DNA of 64,000 bases from Octopus sinensis (taxonomy: Eukaryota), in contig NC_042997.1 of assembly GCF_006345805.1 (NCBI RefSeq), positions 190,216,001-190,280,000 of the forward strand, written 5' to 3'. A program made the position numbers and the translations under genes. A model generated the notes under the pieces. The model did not search any database. It was given only the letters and a program-made list of their open reading frames with translations, and was not told the origin of the DNA. This document shows, piece by piece, positions 25,168-39,456 of this stretch. Positions within the stretch are counted from its first letter, which is position 1; every line of letters begins with the position of its first letter.

Positions 25168-27640
25168 GGGAGTATAACTCCAAACTTGCAAGGAAAAATT
25201 CAATTTAGTATTAAATCAAATTTCACAATATAAATATATAACATACAAATTAGAGATAAAACAACTATTATGCAACTCAAACAGTGATATACATAAAACA
25301 ATTATGTTTTGGTTTATGCCTACCACTGTTTGAATTGCATAATTACATATATATTTTATATATATATAATTTCCATCTATCAAATTGACCCAGGAGATAT
25401 TTGACAGCCTGAGGCTGTAGAAGAAAAAACATTTCCCAAGCTGCAGCGCAATGGGATTGAGTCCAATGCGAAGCGAAGTTCTGAACCACACACGCATATA
25501 TATGCCTGATGAAGGCAACCAGTAAAAACTTTCGACGTCTCTATCAAACATTTCCTTGTAAAATATATATCTGTGTCTTTATGTGTTTCTGCATCTTTTA
25601 TTAAAATCACGTCCGTGACAAAGCCCTGCATTTGTTTTCTTATTGCATCTTAATTCTTTTTGTACGTTTTACATGGTTCATTCATCGGACTGCGTTCATG
25701 CTGGTGCATCGTCTTGAAGGCTTCAATGGTAATCTAACAAATCGATACGCATGCCTATTAGGTTTAAGCTTGGTACTTATTGTATCGATTTCTGTTGCTT
25801 TAAAATAAATATAACGGACTAATAAATAGTGTATGAATAATCCGTATTAAAGAGGTAATAATTGACAGTCTAATTTCATAGATATGGCCCGTGTCTGTAT
25901 CAGTATGCATTTGTGCCTGTCTTCATTACTGTATAAGATATTTCATAAACTTGCTTGTTGTTCCTCATTTATACATCCGCTATGCTAGTATAAACGATTA
26001 TAAAATCAAAGCCGTAGTAATCAATGATCCAACTCTTAAAAAATCTTCACTCTTAATTCTAAATAAATATTCTTATACTTTCCGAAGTAAAATTCACATG
26101 AAATCTCAGTTTTCGTCAAGGTGATAGAAACTGTTTGCCTTTTCATTTGGCCCCACCAAAGTAGGTTTTCTCTACTTGATGTTGCACTTTTCTCAACAAC
26201 TCAAATCAGTTTGACCTTTGGTAGATACTCTTTATCAGTGACGCACAAATGATATTTATGACATAAAACTGTATCTACCTGTAAGGGTGAGTTTTTTCAA
26301 GGTTTTTTTCGTTTTCTGTTCAACCAAACACTGGTACATTGCAGAAGACAAATAAGGGCTTGTAAAGCTTTTCATGTGTGCTGCATTCATATCATCGTTC
26401 TTTTCGGGGTTTAGTGTCAAGTTTAAAAACAGCTGCATATTCAGTTGTAAGGATTTGAAAAGCGTCATAAAGAATCTGCTACCGGAACTTCTATGATCAA
26501 TGTCAGACCTATCAATGCCAAACACCGGTCGTAAATATGTATGTATGCTTAGGTATGATTGTCTCCACCGCTATAGTTGGTCGATATGTGCTGGTTTGTC
26601 AACATTTCCGGAAATTATCGGTTCGGCAAAGGAGACCTGTGAAGTGCTATACTTAAGAATATATACTGCACTCGACTAATTCATTGAAGGCGATGTTCTA
26701 GCATGGTCGCAATATGATAGACAAGAAATGTTAATCATACTTGAATGTTTTTTGTTTATATGATCGTCCGATCGAAAGCTAACGTATTCAAACATCTACA
26801 AACACAAACTAAGATAAACATAAGACCAAGTGAGATTATCCATGTTATTATATACAGAGGGACAATAGGAATGATCAAATCAAATTTTGTAAACGGTAAC
26901 ATTAGCTGTGTAACATTATAAATTACAAGTACTTTTTCATTTGTATTTTAAATATATCACTAACGTGGCTTTTATTTTTGGATATGGTATCCGTGAGTAA
27001 TTTTCTGCAGTCATTATGATAACTTTGACACTTGGTGTATATCATAAGGCATCAATAAAGTGATCCTCATATTTCTAATTAGCCAAGTACGAAAAGTCAG
27101 TTTTTCGAGAAGAAACTTTAATAAGACAGAAACATGAATATATTGTCCGTTATGGCCAAATTTGAGTAAATAAATATTAACCATACACACAAAATTTCTC
27201 CCTCCTCACTGAATGTATATCATTAATTACTTAAATTAGTTTTACATAAAACAAATTCATAGACGTTACTTGCAAGCGACGATGAATTGGTAGTATGTAT
27301 CTTACTTTCGCTTTCGTTTTGAGCGCCCATATATTAATGCACAAGATCTGTCAGCCTCCTATGTTTATATTAACGGAATGATAATAATACGACACGTACA
27401 AGGAGAGACGGAAAAATACACAAGCGTTCGGCTGCTACTGATTTGCAACTGAATAAATTGAAGTATCGTGAAATGAAATGAATTGTTCAGGGTCACAAGA
27501 CACAGACTAGTTCAAAAATAGAACATCACAATCTTATCTTTCTGAGCGTAAGTCCCCTAAACTCTAGACTAATTCAAAGATACGCTATATTTGTTGATAG
27601 CGTCTTCCATTCAAAGCACACTGAGATACGACTTATAGCG

Positions 27641-27870
27641 GCGGCGAGCTGGCAGAACGGTTAGCACGCCGGGCGAAATGCGTAGCCGTATTTCGTCTGC
27701 CGTTACGTTCTGAGTTCAAATTCCGCCGAGGTCGACTTTGCCTTTCATCCTTTAGGGTCGATAAATTAAGTACCAGTAACGCACTGGGTCGACATAATCG
27801 ACTTAATCCGTTTGTCTGTCCTTGTTTGTCCCCTCTGTGTTTAGCCCCTTGTGGGTAGTAAAGAAATAGA
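27641..27870 (+). mobile_element. SINE family B, monomer
   Basis: Full head to aaagaaatag tail; TSD atacgacttatagc. Confidence 0.9.
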
Positions 27871-28223
27871 AATACGACTTATAGCACTCAGAGTTAATAA
27901 CCAACTGTGGAGAACCACAGAAAGAGGAGGTAATTTACGTACCATTGCTTCGCAATGCTAACAGAGCAGGTTTTTAAAAGTGCGTCAAACAGACAGACAC
28001 ATATGTATATTTATGTATGTATTTATATGTGTTTGCATGTTTGTAGTATGTATGTATGATGAAGTATAGTTTATAAATAAATAGAGATGTGTGCAGGTTT
28101 CTGTCTTAATTTATCAGCAAAGGAACATAACGTATGTAAAGACACATAAGTAAGAACCTGTGCGTGAGTGTACGTGAGTTTGCAACACGCGGCGGGAGAG
28201 TCTGTAGGAAGATATATATATAT

Positions 28224-28394
28224 CAGGAGTGGCTGTGTGGTAAGTAGCTTGTTTACCGACCACATGGTTTCGGGTTCAGTCTCACTGCGTGGCACCTTAG
28301 GCAAGTGTCTTCTACTATAGCCTTAAGCCGACCAAAGCCTTGTGAGTGGACTTGGTAGACGGAAACTGAAAGAAGCCTGTCGTATATATATATG

Positions 28395-28425
<31 letters not shown>

Positions 28426-28650
28426 GTATGTGTTTGTGTGTCTGTGTTTGTACCCTAGCATTGCTTTACAACCGATGCTGATGTGTTTATGTCCCCGTTA
28501 CTTAGCGGTTCGGCAAAAAAGACCGATAGAATAAGTACTGGGCTTACAAAAGAATAAGTCCCGGGGTCGAGTTGCTCGATTAAAGGCGGTGCTCCAGCAT
28601 GGCCGCAGTCAAATGACTGAAACAAGTAAAAGAGTAAAAGAGTAAGAGTA
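28224..28650 (+). mobile_element. SINE family A, full length
   Basis: Head, CORE-like ggcaccttaggcaagtgtctt, and (gtaaaaga)n tail. Confidence 0.9.
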
Positions 28651-29202
28651 TATATATATATGATGAGGGTGAAGTCCAAATGGCAAAAAGTCCAAGAGAC
28701 AGTAAAAAGGGAGAAATCCAAGAAAGACCAAACATCGACACACTGATGACAACATCAACACTACAAGTGTCACAATCCCCAACACCATCACAAATACCCA
28801 CAACAGAACCAAAAGCACAATAAACTTTAAAAAGGAAAATGCCACTACAACAGCAATTACCATCCGCGCTGCAGTAGGATTTCGTGCTAGTGAGGTGGGT
28901 CAAAGAAAACCTGATGGCTCTCATACTATAAAACGAGATCATTGAAACAGAGGGGGTGATATGTAGCCTCAACACTTATAGAGTACCGGAGTACCTAATG
29001 ATGGTGCGAATGACATTAAGCGGAGCTGCCCGTGTGACATTGGATTCCACAGTGTAACGGCCAGCGGATGGCTTTGAAAGGGGTTTCCAGAGGAACCCAG
29101 CAAAACAGAGAGGGTGAGAGAATCACTCGACCACAAACAGCACCAGGAGGGCAAATGACACTCACTTTTTCCATTCTTTACTTCTTGGCCTCCACGGAGG
29201 TT

Positions 29203-29522
29203 CTTAAAGTAGGTTGTATAAACGTACGTGGCCTGGTGTCGTCGTGGAAGTAAGGACGCTTGCACAACGACCTCAGGTGACTAATCTGGATGTAATAGCC
29301 GTTAGTGAGACAAGGATCGCGGAGACACGGGCCTTGGCACCCATTTTCGATGACTTTAAGATTTTCGCATCTCTTAGTCGACTGGGAATGTGGGGATGGT
29401 GTTGTTCAGAAAAAGGCCTGGATTTCTAGATACAGTCGGTCCTTCTGGACCCGAAAAGTAAGCCGGTGGTCCTGGACGTGAAGGATAACGAAGGCAGTGC
29501 TTTTAGACTGGCTGCATTGTAT
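29203..29522 (+). pseudogene. L1/Tx1-type LINE ORF2 apurinic-like endonuclease N-terminal remnant (possible ORF1 remnant from ~28660)
   Basis: LKVGCINVRGL...NLDVIAVSETRI...VVLDVKDNEGSAFRLAALY across frameshifts and stops; ends in (TATG)n. Confidence 0.75.
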
Positions 29523-29893
29523 GTATGTATGTATGTATGTATGTATGTATGTATGTATGTATGTATGTATGTATGTATGTACGTATGTATGTATGTATGT
29601 ATGTATGTATGTATGTATGTATGTATGTATGTATGTATGTATGTGTCTTCAGTAAATCATAGATCCGAAAGAGAAGCACACTCAAGGTTATAGAGCAGTT
29701 GAGTGTTAAGATTAAAATAGTTATGTCCAGTTTATCGGGTCTAACGAACGCATGTAAAGCTAAGCGCTTTAGGGACGCGAAATCCAGGGTAACGCTATAA
29801 ACCTACCATAACTATCTTCATCTCTCTCTATATATGTGTGTGTGTATGTGTGTGTGTGTGTGTGTGAATTTATGTGTATTTTCATTGTACTAT

Positions 29894-30168
29894 AAACAAT
29901 TGCAGCGTGGAAGATATTTATAAGCCATTTAAGAAAGACATAAAAACCGTTAGATTCCCTAACGTGCTGCAAGGAATTTTGTCAGTGAACAGGTTGCGGT
30001 CTCAAAACGACGAAAATATTTTGAGAAATTAAATTTAAATGTTGAAGTGAATCTAACGGATTTTGTGTGTTTCTTAATGGCTTATAAACACCTTCCATGC
30101 TGCAATTGTTTTCATTCCAGCACACGATCTCAGATCAGGTCACTTGCTATGCAAGTACATCTCCGTAA
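29894..30168. mobile_element. family F foldback/MITE-like repeat
   Basis: 29894-29957 is the reverse complement of 30049-30111; homologues at 34277-34481 and 60664-60884 share the right end ...ccgtaa. Confidence 0.7.
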
Positions 30169-31076
30169 TTCATTGTACTATGTTTATCTAAAAATTAAAA
30201 CAATTAGAAACATTTATATGTCTGATGAATTTATCACTCTCAGACTTTATTCTCTCCTAATAATATCACATCCCAAAGCTGAAAGATTGATATTTCTCTA
30301 TATAATATCTAAAGATTCTAAATATACTTATATACTTGTATAGTCTTCTTTTTCTTTTACAAATGCCATTAAATAACGTAAGGTCATTAATGAATAAATT
30401 ATATGTGTATGGTGTGGAGGTATGGGTATGTATGTATGGATGTATATCCCTTAATTGCCAATTGCCTTAAGCTTGACATGTTACGTAACATGTCAGACTG
30501 ACAGGAGCAGTTCCAGATGGAGATACATATATTTTCACGGTGGCAAAATATCAACGATAAGATGAGTAAGTAAAGCCTCAGGAAGATATTGCATTCCTTG
30601 AGACTTTCCCGACGTGTCTGTATATATTCATAGTCACAAGAGAATGAGAACATTGTAAACATCCAATATCTCAACTATGATGATTTATATAATAGATTCA
30701 GAGACCATGTATGAAGACATTCAACGACGTAATGTCTGTAAGAAGTAATCAAATTGACTATAACCATGTTTTTTTCTTTATATTTTAAATTCTAATTCAA
30801 TGATTCCTAGTAAAGTGGATAGTACCATGAGTCAGGGTCATCTATAAGAGCTAATCAAAATTTTACTGCACAATAAATTAAGCGAAATTTAATTACAAAA
30901 GAGTTAGTATGTAACTTATACACTAAATAATGAATTTCTTCTGATTCAATTATAAAAAGCAAATTGTAATTGGATTTAGATTAACTAATTTTCTGTTACT
31001 TTAGTGAACTCAATTTATCTATATTTATAGTGATTAAGAATTATATTTTTAATATTATGCTACTAAATAGGTCTTT

Positions 31077-31380
31077 GTGGAGGCACATGGCTTAGTGGTT
31101 ACAGCAGCGGACTCGTGGTCGAAGGTTCGCGGGTTCGAATTTCAGACCGGGCGATGTGTGTGTTCATGAGCGAAACACTTAAGCTCCACGCGGTTCCAGC
31201 AGAAGGTAATGGCGAACTTCTGCTGACTCTTTCGCCACAAATTTCTCTCATTCTTTCCACCTGCATCGTGCAGCTCACCTGCGACAGACCGGCGTCCCGT
31301 CCAGGTGGGGAACCTATACGCCAAGGAAACCGGGAAACCGGCCCTATGAGCCAGGCATGGCTCGAGAAGGAACAAACAAC
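31077..31380 (+). mobile_element. tRNA-derived SINE, family D-related
   Basis: TGGCTTAGTGG and GGTTCGAATT boxes; 12-bp TSD aaataggtcttt (31065-31076 / 31381-31392). Confidence 0.9.
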
Positions 31381-31886
31381 AAATAGGTCTTTATAAATAA
31401 TCTTGTGCAGCAGAAAGAAGTCAGCAGCCACATGTAAAAAGCGACACATTCTTCTAGTTGAAATACCGTGATGAGAGTCCATAAATTGCCATGCTTTTGT
31501 GGTAAAACATTTTTCTAATAACACCAGTAAGACTGCGCGGCACCTTCGGAAAGTGTTTTTTACTGTAGTTCCGGACCGACCAAAGTGGATTTGGTGCACG
31601 GAAATTGAAAACAGCCTGTTTTATATGTATGTATGGTCGATGTACATAAACGCTGTATATGGCATTCAAACTATCTACACATTCAAACCTTGACCGTGTA
31701 GATAGAGGTTGACACATTTCTCTTGCCAGTCAGGACATGTTAGCGCCAAGGTAAGGTCTTTTTTTTTATTTCTATCTAAACGAACATTCCTTTAGATAGA
31801 AATACACAAAAGACGTCGAAATTGCAATAGGCTTTTGAAACCCTCTTAGTTAAAACTGGGACCTGTTCATAATTATAAACATTCTT

Positions 31887-31889
<3 letters not shown>

Positions 31890-31954
<65 letters not shown>

Positions 31955-32081
31955 TATATACATATATATATATATATACATATATATATACATATATATA
32001 TACATATATAGAGTGATAGATAGTGAGATGGATAGATAGACAGACAGACAGACAGATGGATAGATATATAGAGAGACTGAC

Positions 32082-32154
<73 letters not shown>

Positions 32155-32331
32155 TACACATGTGTCCACATCCATTCAAAGAATTATACATTGTATACAC
32201 ATCTATTGTAAATATCTTATACAATACAATACTAAGTCGTACGCTATAAATGAGGCTTCAGATATCCTTGTTAGAGGGCTAATAATCTTAGCTGAGAAGT
32301 ATACATAATTCTGAACACAAGTTTCTGCGTG

Positions 32332-32369
<38 letters not shown>

Positions 32370-32793
32370 GTATGTATATATATCTATGCATGTATATATG
32401 TATATATATATATGAATATAAATATATGTGTGTGTGTTTGTGAACATATACGTACAAATACACACACACACACACACACACCACATATATATGTATGTAT
32501 ATATATCTATGCATGTATATATGTATATATATATATGAATATAAATATATATGTGTGTGTGTTTGTGAACATATACGTACAAATACACACACACACATAT
32601 GTATATGTATATATCTATCTATGCATGTATATATCTATCTATGCATGTATATATATATATATATGCATATAAATATATATGTGTGTGTGTTTGTGAGCGT
32701 ATACGTACAAATACACATATACACACACACATACACACACACATATATATATATATGTATGGGTATCTATATGCATGTAAGCATGTGTCTATG

Positions 32794-32835
<42 letters not shown>

Positions 32836-33265
32836 CGTGTGTTTGTGAGTCTCTGTGTGTGTGTGTGGAGGGGGGTTTCCATGAATTCTTTGCAATACGT
32901 GGCAAAGCATTTGTCACGATTAATCATTAAGGTCCCTGTGCATATTTTTATTCAAAGGTCTCTTTTTTTTTCCCAAATGAGACTCTATTAACATGTATAA
33001 CTATATTTTCCATACAATTCATATCGTACATATTTCTTTGTCATCCATTTTCAAGAATGTCATGTCAGATCTTCCTTTTGATATGTAACTTCGATGATAT
33101 ATCTACACACACACATACACGCACCTATATATATGTATGTATATATTTATATATATATTTATACTTGTACATATGTGCGCATATATATATGTGTATACAT
33201 GTATATATATTTGTAGATATATGTATATGTAAATATATATATATATATATATAAAACATATATAC

Positions 33266-33311
<46 letters not shown>

Positions 33312-33450
33312 CTGTATACACATATATATATATGTATACATATATATAAAGACATATATATTTTTATATATGTATATTATGTATATATATATCTATTCCT
33401 TTATATATGTATATATATATATACATATACATACTTATAGGTACGCGCGC

Positions 33451-33485
<35 letters not shown>

Positions 33486-33520
33486 CACATATATATATAT
33501 TATATATATACACACACACT
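31890..33520. repeat. compound microsatellite field ((TA)n, (GATA)n, (CA)n) with a ~120-bp higher-order repeat at ~32360-32715
   Basis: Direct reading; unit atatatgaatataaatatatgtgtgtgtgtttgtgaacatatacgtacaaatacac occurs about 3 times. Confidence 0.9.
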
Positions 33521-33980
33521 TATAGGCTTGAATGAAGGAATGTGTCAGTGAATGAAATGTGAAGGCTGGATTATTTGTAGTACTTCCACACTGGGACGTC
33601 AAAATTATTCATCATTTATCTATTTACCTTATTAAGTTGAATAACAAATATAATTACATTTTCAATAGATATTTAGACATTTGAACGTAAATGCCTAATT
33701 CAACACCTTGCAAATGCTGTTTTAGAAACCAGGAATGTTGCACATTCATGAATGGTATTCCATCAGCAACAAACCAGATGCAATATTAATTTCTCCTTTT
33801 TTTTAAAACTGATTTCTTGGAAAATGAACGCAGATCTGGAGTATTATTAATTGAATGTAGCACAGGATTTTCATAACATTTCTTTGTAAAAGGATGTCTA
33901 ATTTTGAAGATATATACATCTATACATAAGTTTATGAAAATATATAGAAATATACCTATACATATACACATATACGTATT

Positions 33981-34047
<67 letters not shown>

Positions 34048-34146
34048 GTATATCTGTAGAAGTATTTTCGAATATCTATGTATACAATAATATATTCCTG
34101 TGATCATGTTTTATATATACATGTATGTATGTGTGTGTGCTTATTG

Positions 34147-34202
<56 letters not shown>

Positions 34203-34204
34203 GA

Positions 34205-34265
<61 letters not shown>

Positions 34266-34276
34266 ACATAGCTCAG

Positions 34277-34478
34277 ATGCAGCACGGAATTTCGTCAGTG
34301 AACAGGTCGCAGTCTCAAAGCGACGAAAATATCTTGGAAAATTAAATTTAAATGCTGAAGTGAATGAAACGGTTTTTGTGTGTTTCTTAAATGGCTTATA
34401 AACATCTTCCACGCTACAACTGTTTTCGTTCCAGCATACGATCCTAGATCAGGTCACTTGCTATGCAAGTACATTCCG

Positions 34479-34481
<3 letters not shown>
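34277..34481. mobile_element. family F repeat
   Basis: Homologous to 29964-30168. Confidence 0.75.
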
Positions 34482-34531
<50 letters not shown>

Positions 34532-34535
34532 ATAT

Positions 34536-34582
<47 letters not shown>

Positions 34583-34589
34583 ATGTATG

Positions 34590-34792
34590 TTTGTGTGTCT
34601 GTGTTTGTCCCCCAAGATCGCTTGACAACCGACGCTGGTGTGTTTACGTCCACGTAACTTAACGGTTCGGCAAAAAAGACAGATAGAATAATTACTAGGC
34701 TTACGAAGAATAAGTCCCGAGTTCGATTTGCTCGACTAAAGGCGGTGCTCCAGTATGGCCACCGTCAAATGACTGAAACAAGTAAAAGAGTA
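34590..34792 (+). mobile_element. SINE family A, 3' half
   Basis: tgtgtctgtgtttgtcccc...ggcggtgctccag...gactgaaacaagtaaaagag. Confidence 0.85.
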
Positions 34793-35744
34793 ACATTCAT
34801 TGTTAAATCGCATTGAATTATTACCAGACATAGCAGCAGCTTTGATTAAAATTTCGTTAGAACTTCCATTACCTCAACATTAATAATAGCTTCAAATTTT
34901 CGCACAACACCAGCAATTTCAGGGTAGGAGCTAAGTCTATTACATCAACCACCATTGCTCTACTGGTACTTATTGAACTTATTGAAAAGCAAGGTGAACC
35001 CTGTTGGATTTTAAACTCAGAAAATAAAGACGGACGAAATGCTGCTTAGCATTTTACTCGGGGTGCTAACGATTCTGCCAGCTCTCTGCTTTACCTCATC
35101 ATTAATCTTAAGTGTAAATATATCCATTTTAGGCATCTCCTCATATGTATGAGTCTTAGATGTCTCCTTCGAATTGTGCTATTGAAAGAAGCTGTTTCCA
35201 TTAGACAATTTCGTATTCGAACATTTATAGTTTGACTGGTCTTGCTTTACCTTAATCTGTGAACAGACTGTTGTTGATAAGACATATAAATGTAGAAATT
35301 GTTTTATTTCCTTTATTGCCTTTTCATTATACGTATGTTTTCGAATTCTCCCGGCTGCTAGAAGCTCATTAGGTCATCCATCTTCTGTAGTTTAGGAAAC
35401 TGTCAGATAGAGAAGAGTTGCTTTTATTTCATACACACGTTTGTTGATTAAATTGATGAGATCTGTGCGTGAATTTGTATCAATCATATTACATCAGCTG
35501 TAACTTTAGGAAAAGCAAGATCATCAAAATGTGTGTAGCATTCTTTTTTTCTATAAAAATCTTAGGGTTAATATAAAATAACAAAGACAAAGTAAAACTT
35601 TTGAAGAAGCAATCAAATTATCTACTTCCAGCATAGAATATATTTACTATTAAAAAACCTAAACCAATGCAGGAAAATTGAAAATATATTACAAAATATT
35701 TGAAGTTTTAATATCAAGGAGTCCATTCGCCGAGGTCGACTTTA

Positions 35745-36078
35745 CCTATTATTAATGGTACTTAAATTATCGATCTCGAAAGAATGAAAGTCAAGGTCGA
35801 CCTCAACGGAATTTGAACTCAGAACGTGAAGACGGACGAAATACCTATTTTTTTTACTACCCACAAGGGGATAAACACAGAAGGGACAAACAAGAACAGA
35901 CAAACGGATTAAGCCGATTATATCTACCCAAGTGCGTAACTGGTACTTATTTAATCGACCCCGAAAGGATGAAAGGCAAAGTCGACCTCGGTGGAATTTG
36001 AACTCAGAACGTAGCGGCGGATGAAATACCGCTAAGCATTTCGCCCGGCGTGCTAACAATTCGGCCAGCTCACCACCT
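35745..36078 (-). mobile_element. SINE family B, about 1.5 units
   Basis: Same gaaatac|ctattt junction at 35844/35845. Confidence 0.85.
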
Positions 36079-36098
36079 TGATGTTGAAGATGATAATA

Positions 36099-36159
<61 letters not shown>

Positions 36160-36574
36160 GACTTTCAGGTCGATAAAATAAGTACCAGTTGAGTACTTGG
36201 AAATTCCCTCCTTGGAAATTGTTGCACTTGTGCTAAAGTTTGAAAACAATATTAATTAGCTCACCAATTGCGAAACACTGAACCAACTACGAAACACAGC
36301 CTTTTCGTTTATTGTCTACCAATATACACTGCCTTTCTCTGTTTTGTAAAACAGAGTTGAACTCTAAAACGAAATCAGTGTAAAATACATGTGCGCACGC
36401 GCGTTTGTATGCGTGTGTGGATGTGGATGTGCGTAAGTAAGTGTGTGTTAGCGAAGTCAGTGAAGGATATGTATATGTATGTGTCCGTGTGTGTCTGTGT
36501 GTTTGTATGCGCGTCTCTATATATCTATCTATCTATATATAAATATATATATTTATACACACATATACATATAT

Positions 36575-36794
36575 ATTATTTCTTTACGGCCCACAAGGGG
36601 CTACACACAAGGACAGACAAACGGATTAAGTCGATTATATCGACCCCAGTGCGTAACTGGTACTTGTTTAATCGACCTCGAAATGATGAAAGGCAAAGTC
36701 GACCTCGGCGGAATTTGAACTCAGAACATAACGGCAGACGAAATATGGCTACGCATTTCGCCCGGCGTGCTAACGTTTCTGCCAGCTCGCCGCC
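36575..36794 (-). mobile_element. SINE family B, monomer
   Basis: Full head and tail, with a small internal deletion. Confidence 0.85.
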
Positions 36795-36926
36795 GGTATA
36801 TACATACATATATGCATGCATATATATGTGTGTGTACATGCACTTATAAATACGAACGCACGAACACACACAAACACATATACGAAGGTTGAATGCTCTC
36901 TTTGAAAGTGCATATTCATGTACGTA

Positions 36927-37113
36927 CAGTTCTATATTTAAGAGATGAGGAATTATGTACTTTATTTACATTATTTACATTCGACAGATATCTATCCTCA
37001 TCTTGTTTGTTGTTAACACAACGTTTCGGCTGGTTTACCCTCCAGCCTTCATCTTGGGGAAATTTCGAAGCTTGATTCTCATTCCTAAGGTATTTTTCGA
37101 TGTTATTATTATT
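36927..37113 (-). mobile_element. family C tail with hammerhead disrupted by a deletion
   Basis: cagttctatatttaagagatgagg...aacgtttcggctggtttaccctccagccttcatc; the segment encoding the stem I 5' arm and start of the core is missing. Confidence 0.75.
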
Positions 37114-39371
37114 ACACATTCCGTGGCTGAAAATGGTAGAATCAGAATATTCAAATTTTAGAGATTATTTTGAAGTTGACATGTCTGACTCCCTGTCCCT
37201 TGGTAGAATGTAGTCACCTGGCAGAACTTAGAAATTCACTCTGATCTCTTATTCAATGCCTATGTTGGCGAAACGTATTTGATTCTGATTTACAACTCAG
37301 ACAGTTCGCATCGTTGCACTGATTTCTAGATGTAAAATATCGGAAGATATTTCTCCTATCTTTTCAGGCCTTGTAAGCTCAAGGATTTCGTTTTGTCAGC
37401 ATAACACACGGTTCATTCTGAAAAGTTTTATATAGAACAAATAGCGTACTGAGTCTTTTCACATAAACAGTAAGACATAGTGCTTGCTCTTATTTTTTGC
37501 AGCTTCGACGCAAAGGTTGTCAGTATGTGTGTGCTTGTGTGAATTTCAACGTTTGTAGCCTTTTAAAATTGTTTCTAATATATAGCATACAAGTTTTGGA
37601 ATATCTTCATTTTATTGTAATCATATTTATGCCGATCTTTGAATATCTGTATCTGGTAATGATAGTTATGCGCTAAATATCATTTTTGTCAAATAAATGA
37701 GAGTGCTGGACAGTTTCCAGAAATTTTATTTCATCCTCCCTTTCTACGTACTCTACTTCTTTATCTTCGTCATCGCCTTCCTCCTTCATCATCATCATCA
37801 TCCTAACTACTACTACTACTAATAATAATAATGATACTACTACTAATACTACTACTACTACGACTTAGAACCAAACAGTTTGTAAAAATAAATTCGTCGA
37901 AGTATCGACATTTCAGTTAAAGACGTTCTATATATATATACAAATATCTAGTGTCTCGGAGACAAGAAAAACCTGGTAGCGAGACACGCTAACTTATGTA
38001 ATAAACTTATTCCCCTCAATCTGTTTTCTGTTTAAATTCAGCTCAGTGTGTATATTCATAGATGTTTTATATATATATGTATGTATGTATATATATATAA
38101 TGTATGTATGTATATATTATATATATATATATACTATATATATGTATATATGTATGTATTATGTATGTATGTATGTATGTATATATATATGTGTGTGTGT
38201 GTGTGTTGTGTGTTGTGTGTGTGTGTGGCGCGTGTGTGTGTGTGTTTGTATCGATATATACGTATATATTTCAAAAATTTAACAAAAACAACAGACAGAA
38301 AATTCGTAGCTAATTCCTCAACAGTCGACGTTCAAAAGATCCTTACAACTTCGCGCCTTTTAACGTTGATATTGTTCACATTTGGTAGCGCCAATGGGAA
38401 TAGCTAATAGAGGATAGTGGCGAAAACAAACACAACAAAATAAAATAATTATGATAATTATACATATACAACAAAAAAAAACATGCAGCCGCAAGACGGA
38501 TGGGAATTGGGTAATATAAAGGAAAATGAAAATATCTTGTAGGACTTGAGATAAAAAAGGAGTAGATAGAAAATCAGAACGAACAAGAAGTAATCAAAAT
38601 GTATAGGAAAAGTATACGCGTACAAGGAAGCGCGACCGACCTGCTCATTGGGAAAAGCGAAAACGGATGAGATAGGTTTAAATGGTCACGGATCACGTGG
38701 GTGGGAGGAGAGAGAAAGAGTCGTGGAGTTCAGAAGCAAGAGAGAAAGAGAGTGGGAGGAAGGCAAAAGCAAGGCAAAGAAAGAGAAAGAGGCAGAAATA
38801 GACGTCGCACAAAATATATACCAAGAATATTCTACAAATGAGTGGAAAAATAAGGAGTGCTTAGCGTCATATAAATAATGTTTCAAAAATTGAACATAAA
38901 CGGAAAATTTAACAAAATCAGCAAACAGAAAATTTGTACATAATCCCTCCTCAGTGAACTATTTCGCGTCTTTCAACACTGTGTGAGTGAGTGTGTGTGA
39001 GAGTGAGTGTGTGTGAGAGTGAGTGTGTGTGTGGTGTGTTATTGCGTCTGTGTTTGTTATCCGCTATAGCTTGATAGCCGGTGTTTACGTCCCGTAACTT
39101 AGCTTTTCGCCAAAAATATAAGTACCAGGCTTAACAAAAACGAAAAACAAGTTCTGGTGTTGATTCATTCGATTAAAAATTCTTGAATGTGCTGCCAAAG
39201 CATGGCCGCTATCTAATAACTAAATCAAATATAAGATAAAATCTCCAGAAAACGAGACAGACATAATAATAGTTATAGTTACGATATTGTTATTGTTGTT
39301 ATTATTGTCATTGTTATTATTATTGTTATTGTTGTTTTTGTTATTATTAGTAACAGTATCATGACTATTAA

Positions 39372-39426
<55 letters not shown>

Positions 39427-39456
39427 AGTATCATTATTATTAATATTATTATTATT

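Noticed and set aside
25500-25545. CTGATGA-aggc motif in a PLE-like context
   Set aside because: No matching stem II, GAAA or stem I could be assembled; at best a decayed hammerhead.
37218-37417. Minus-strand exon-like segment (ttttcag...CCAG|gtgact)
   Set aside because: Stop codons in all three frames and no independent support.
38600-38710. Local CpG cluster with CACGTG, ATTGG and GGAAG motifs (promoter-like)
   Set aside because: Short, no associated exon, and the motifs are expected by chance.
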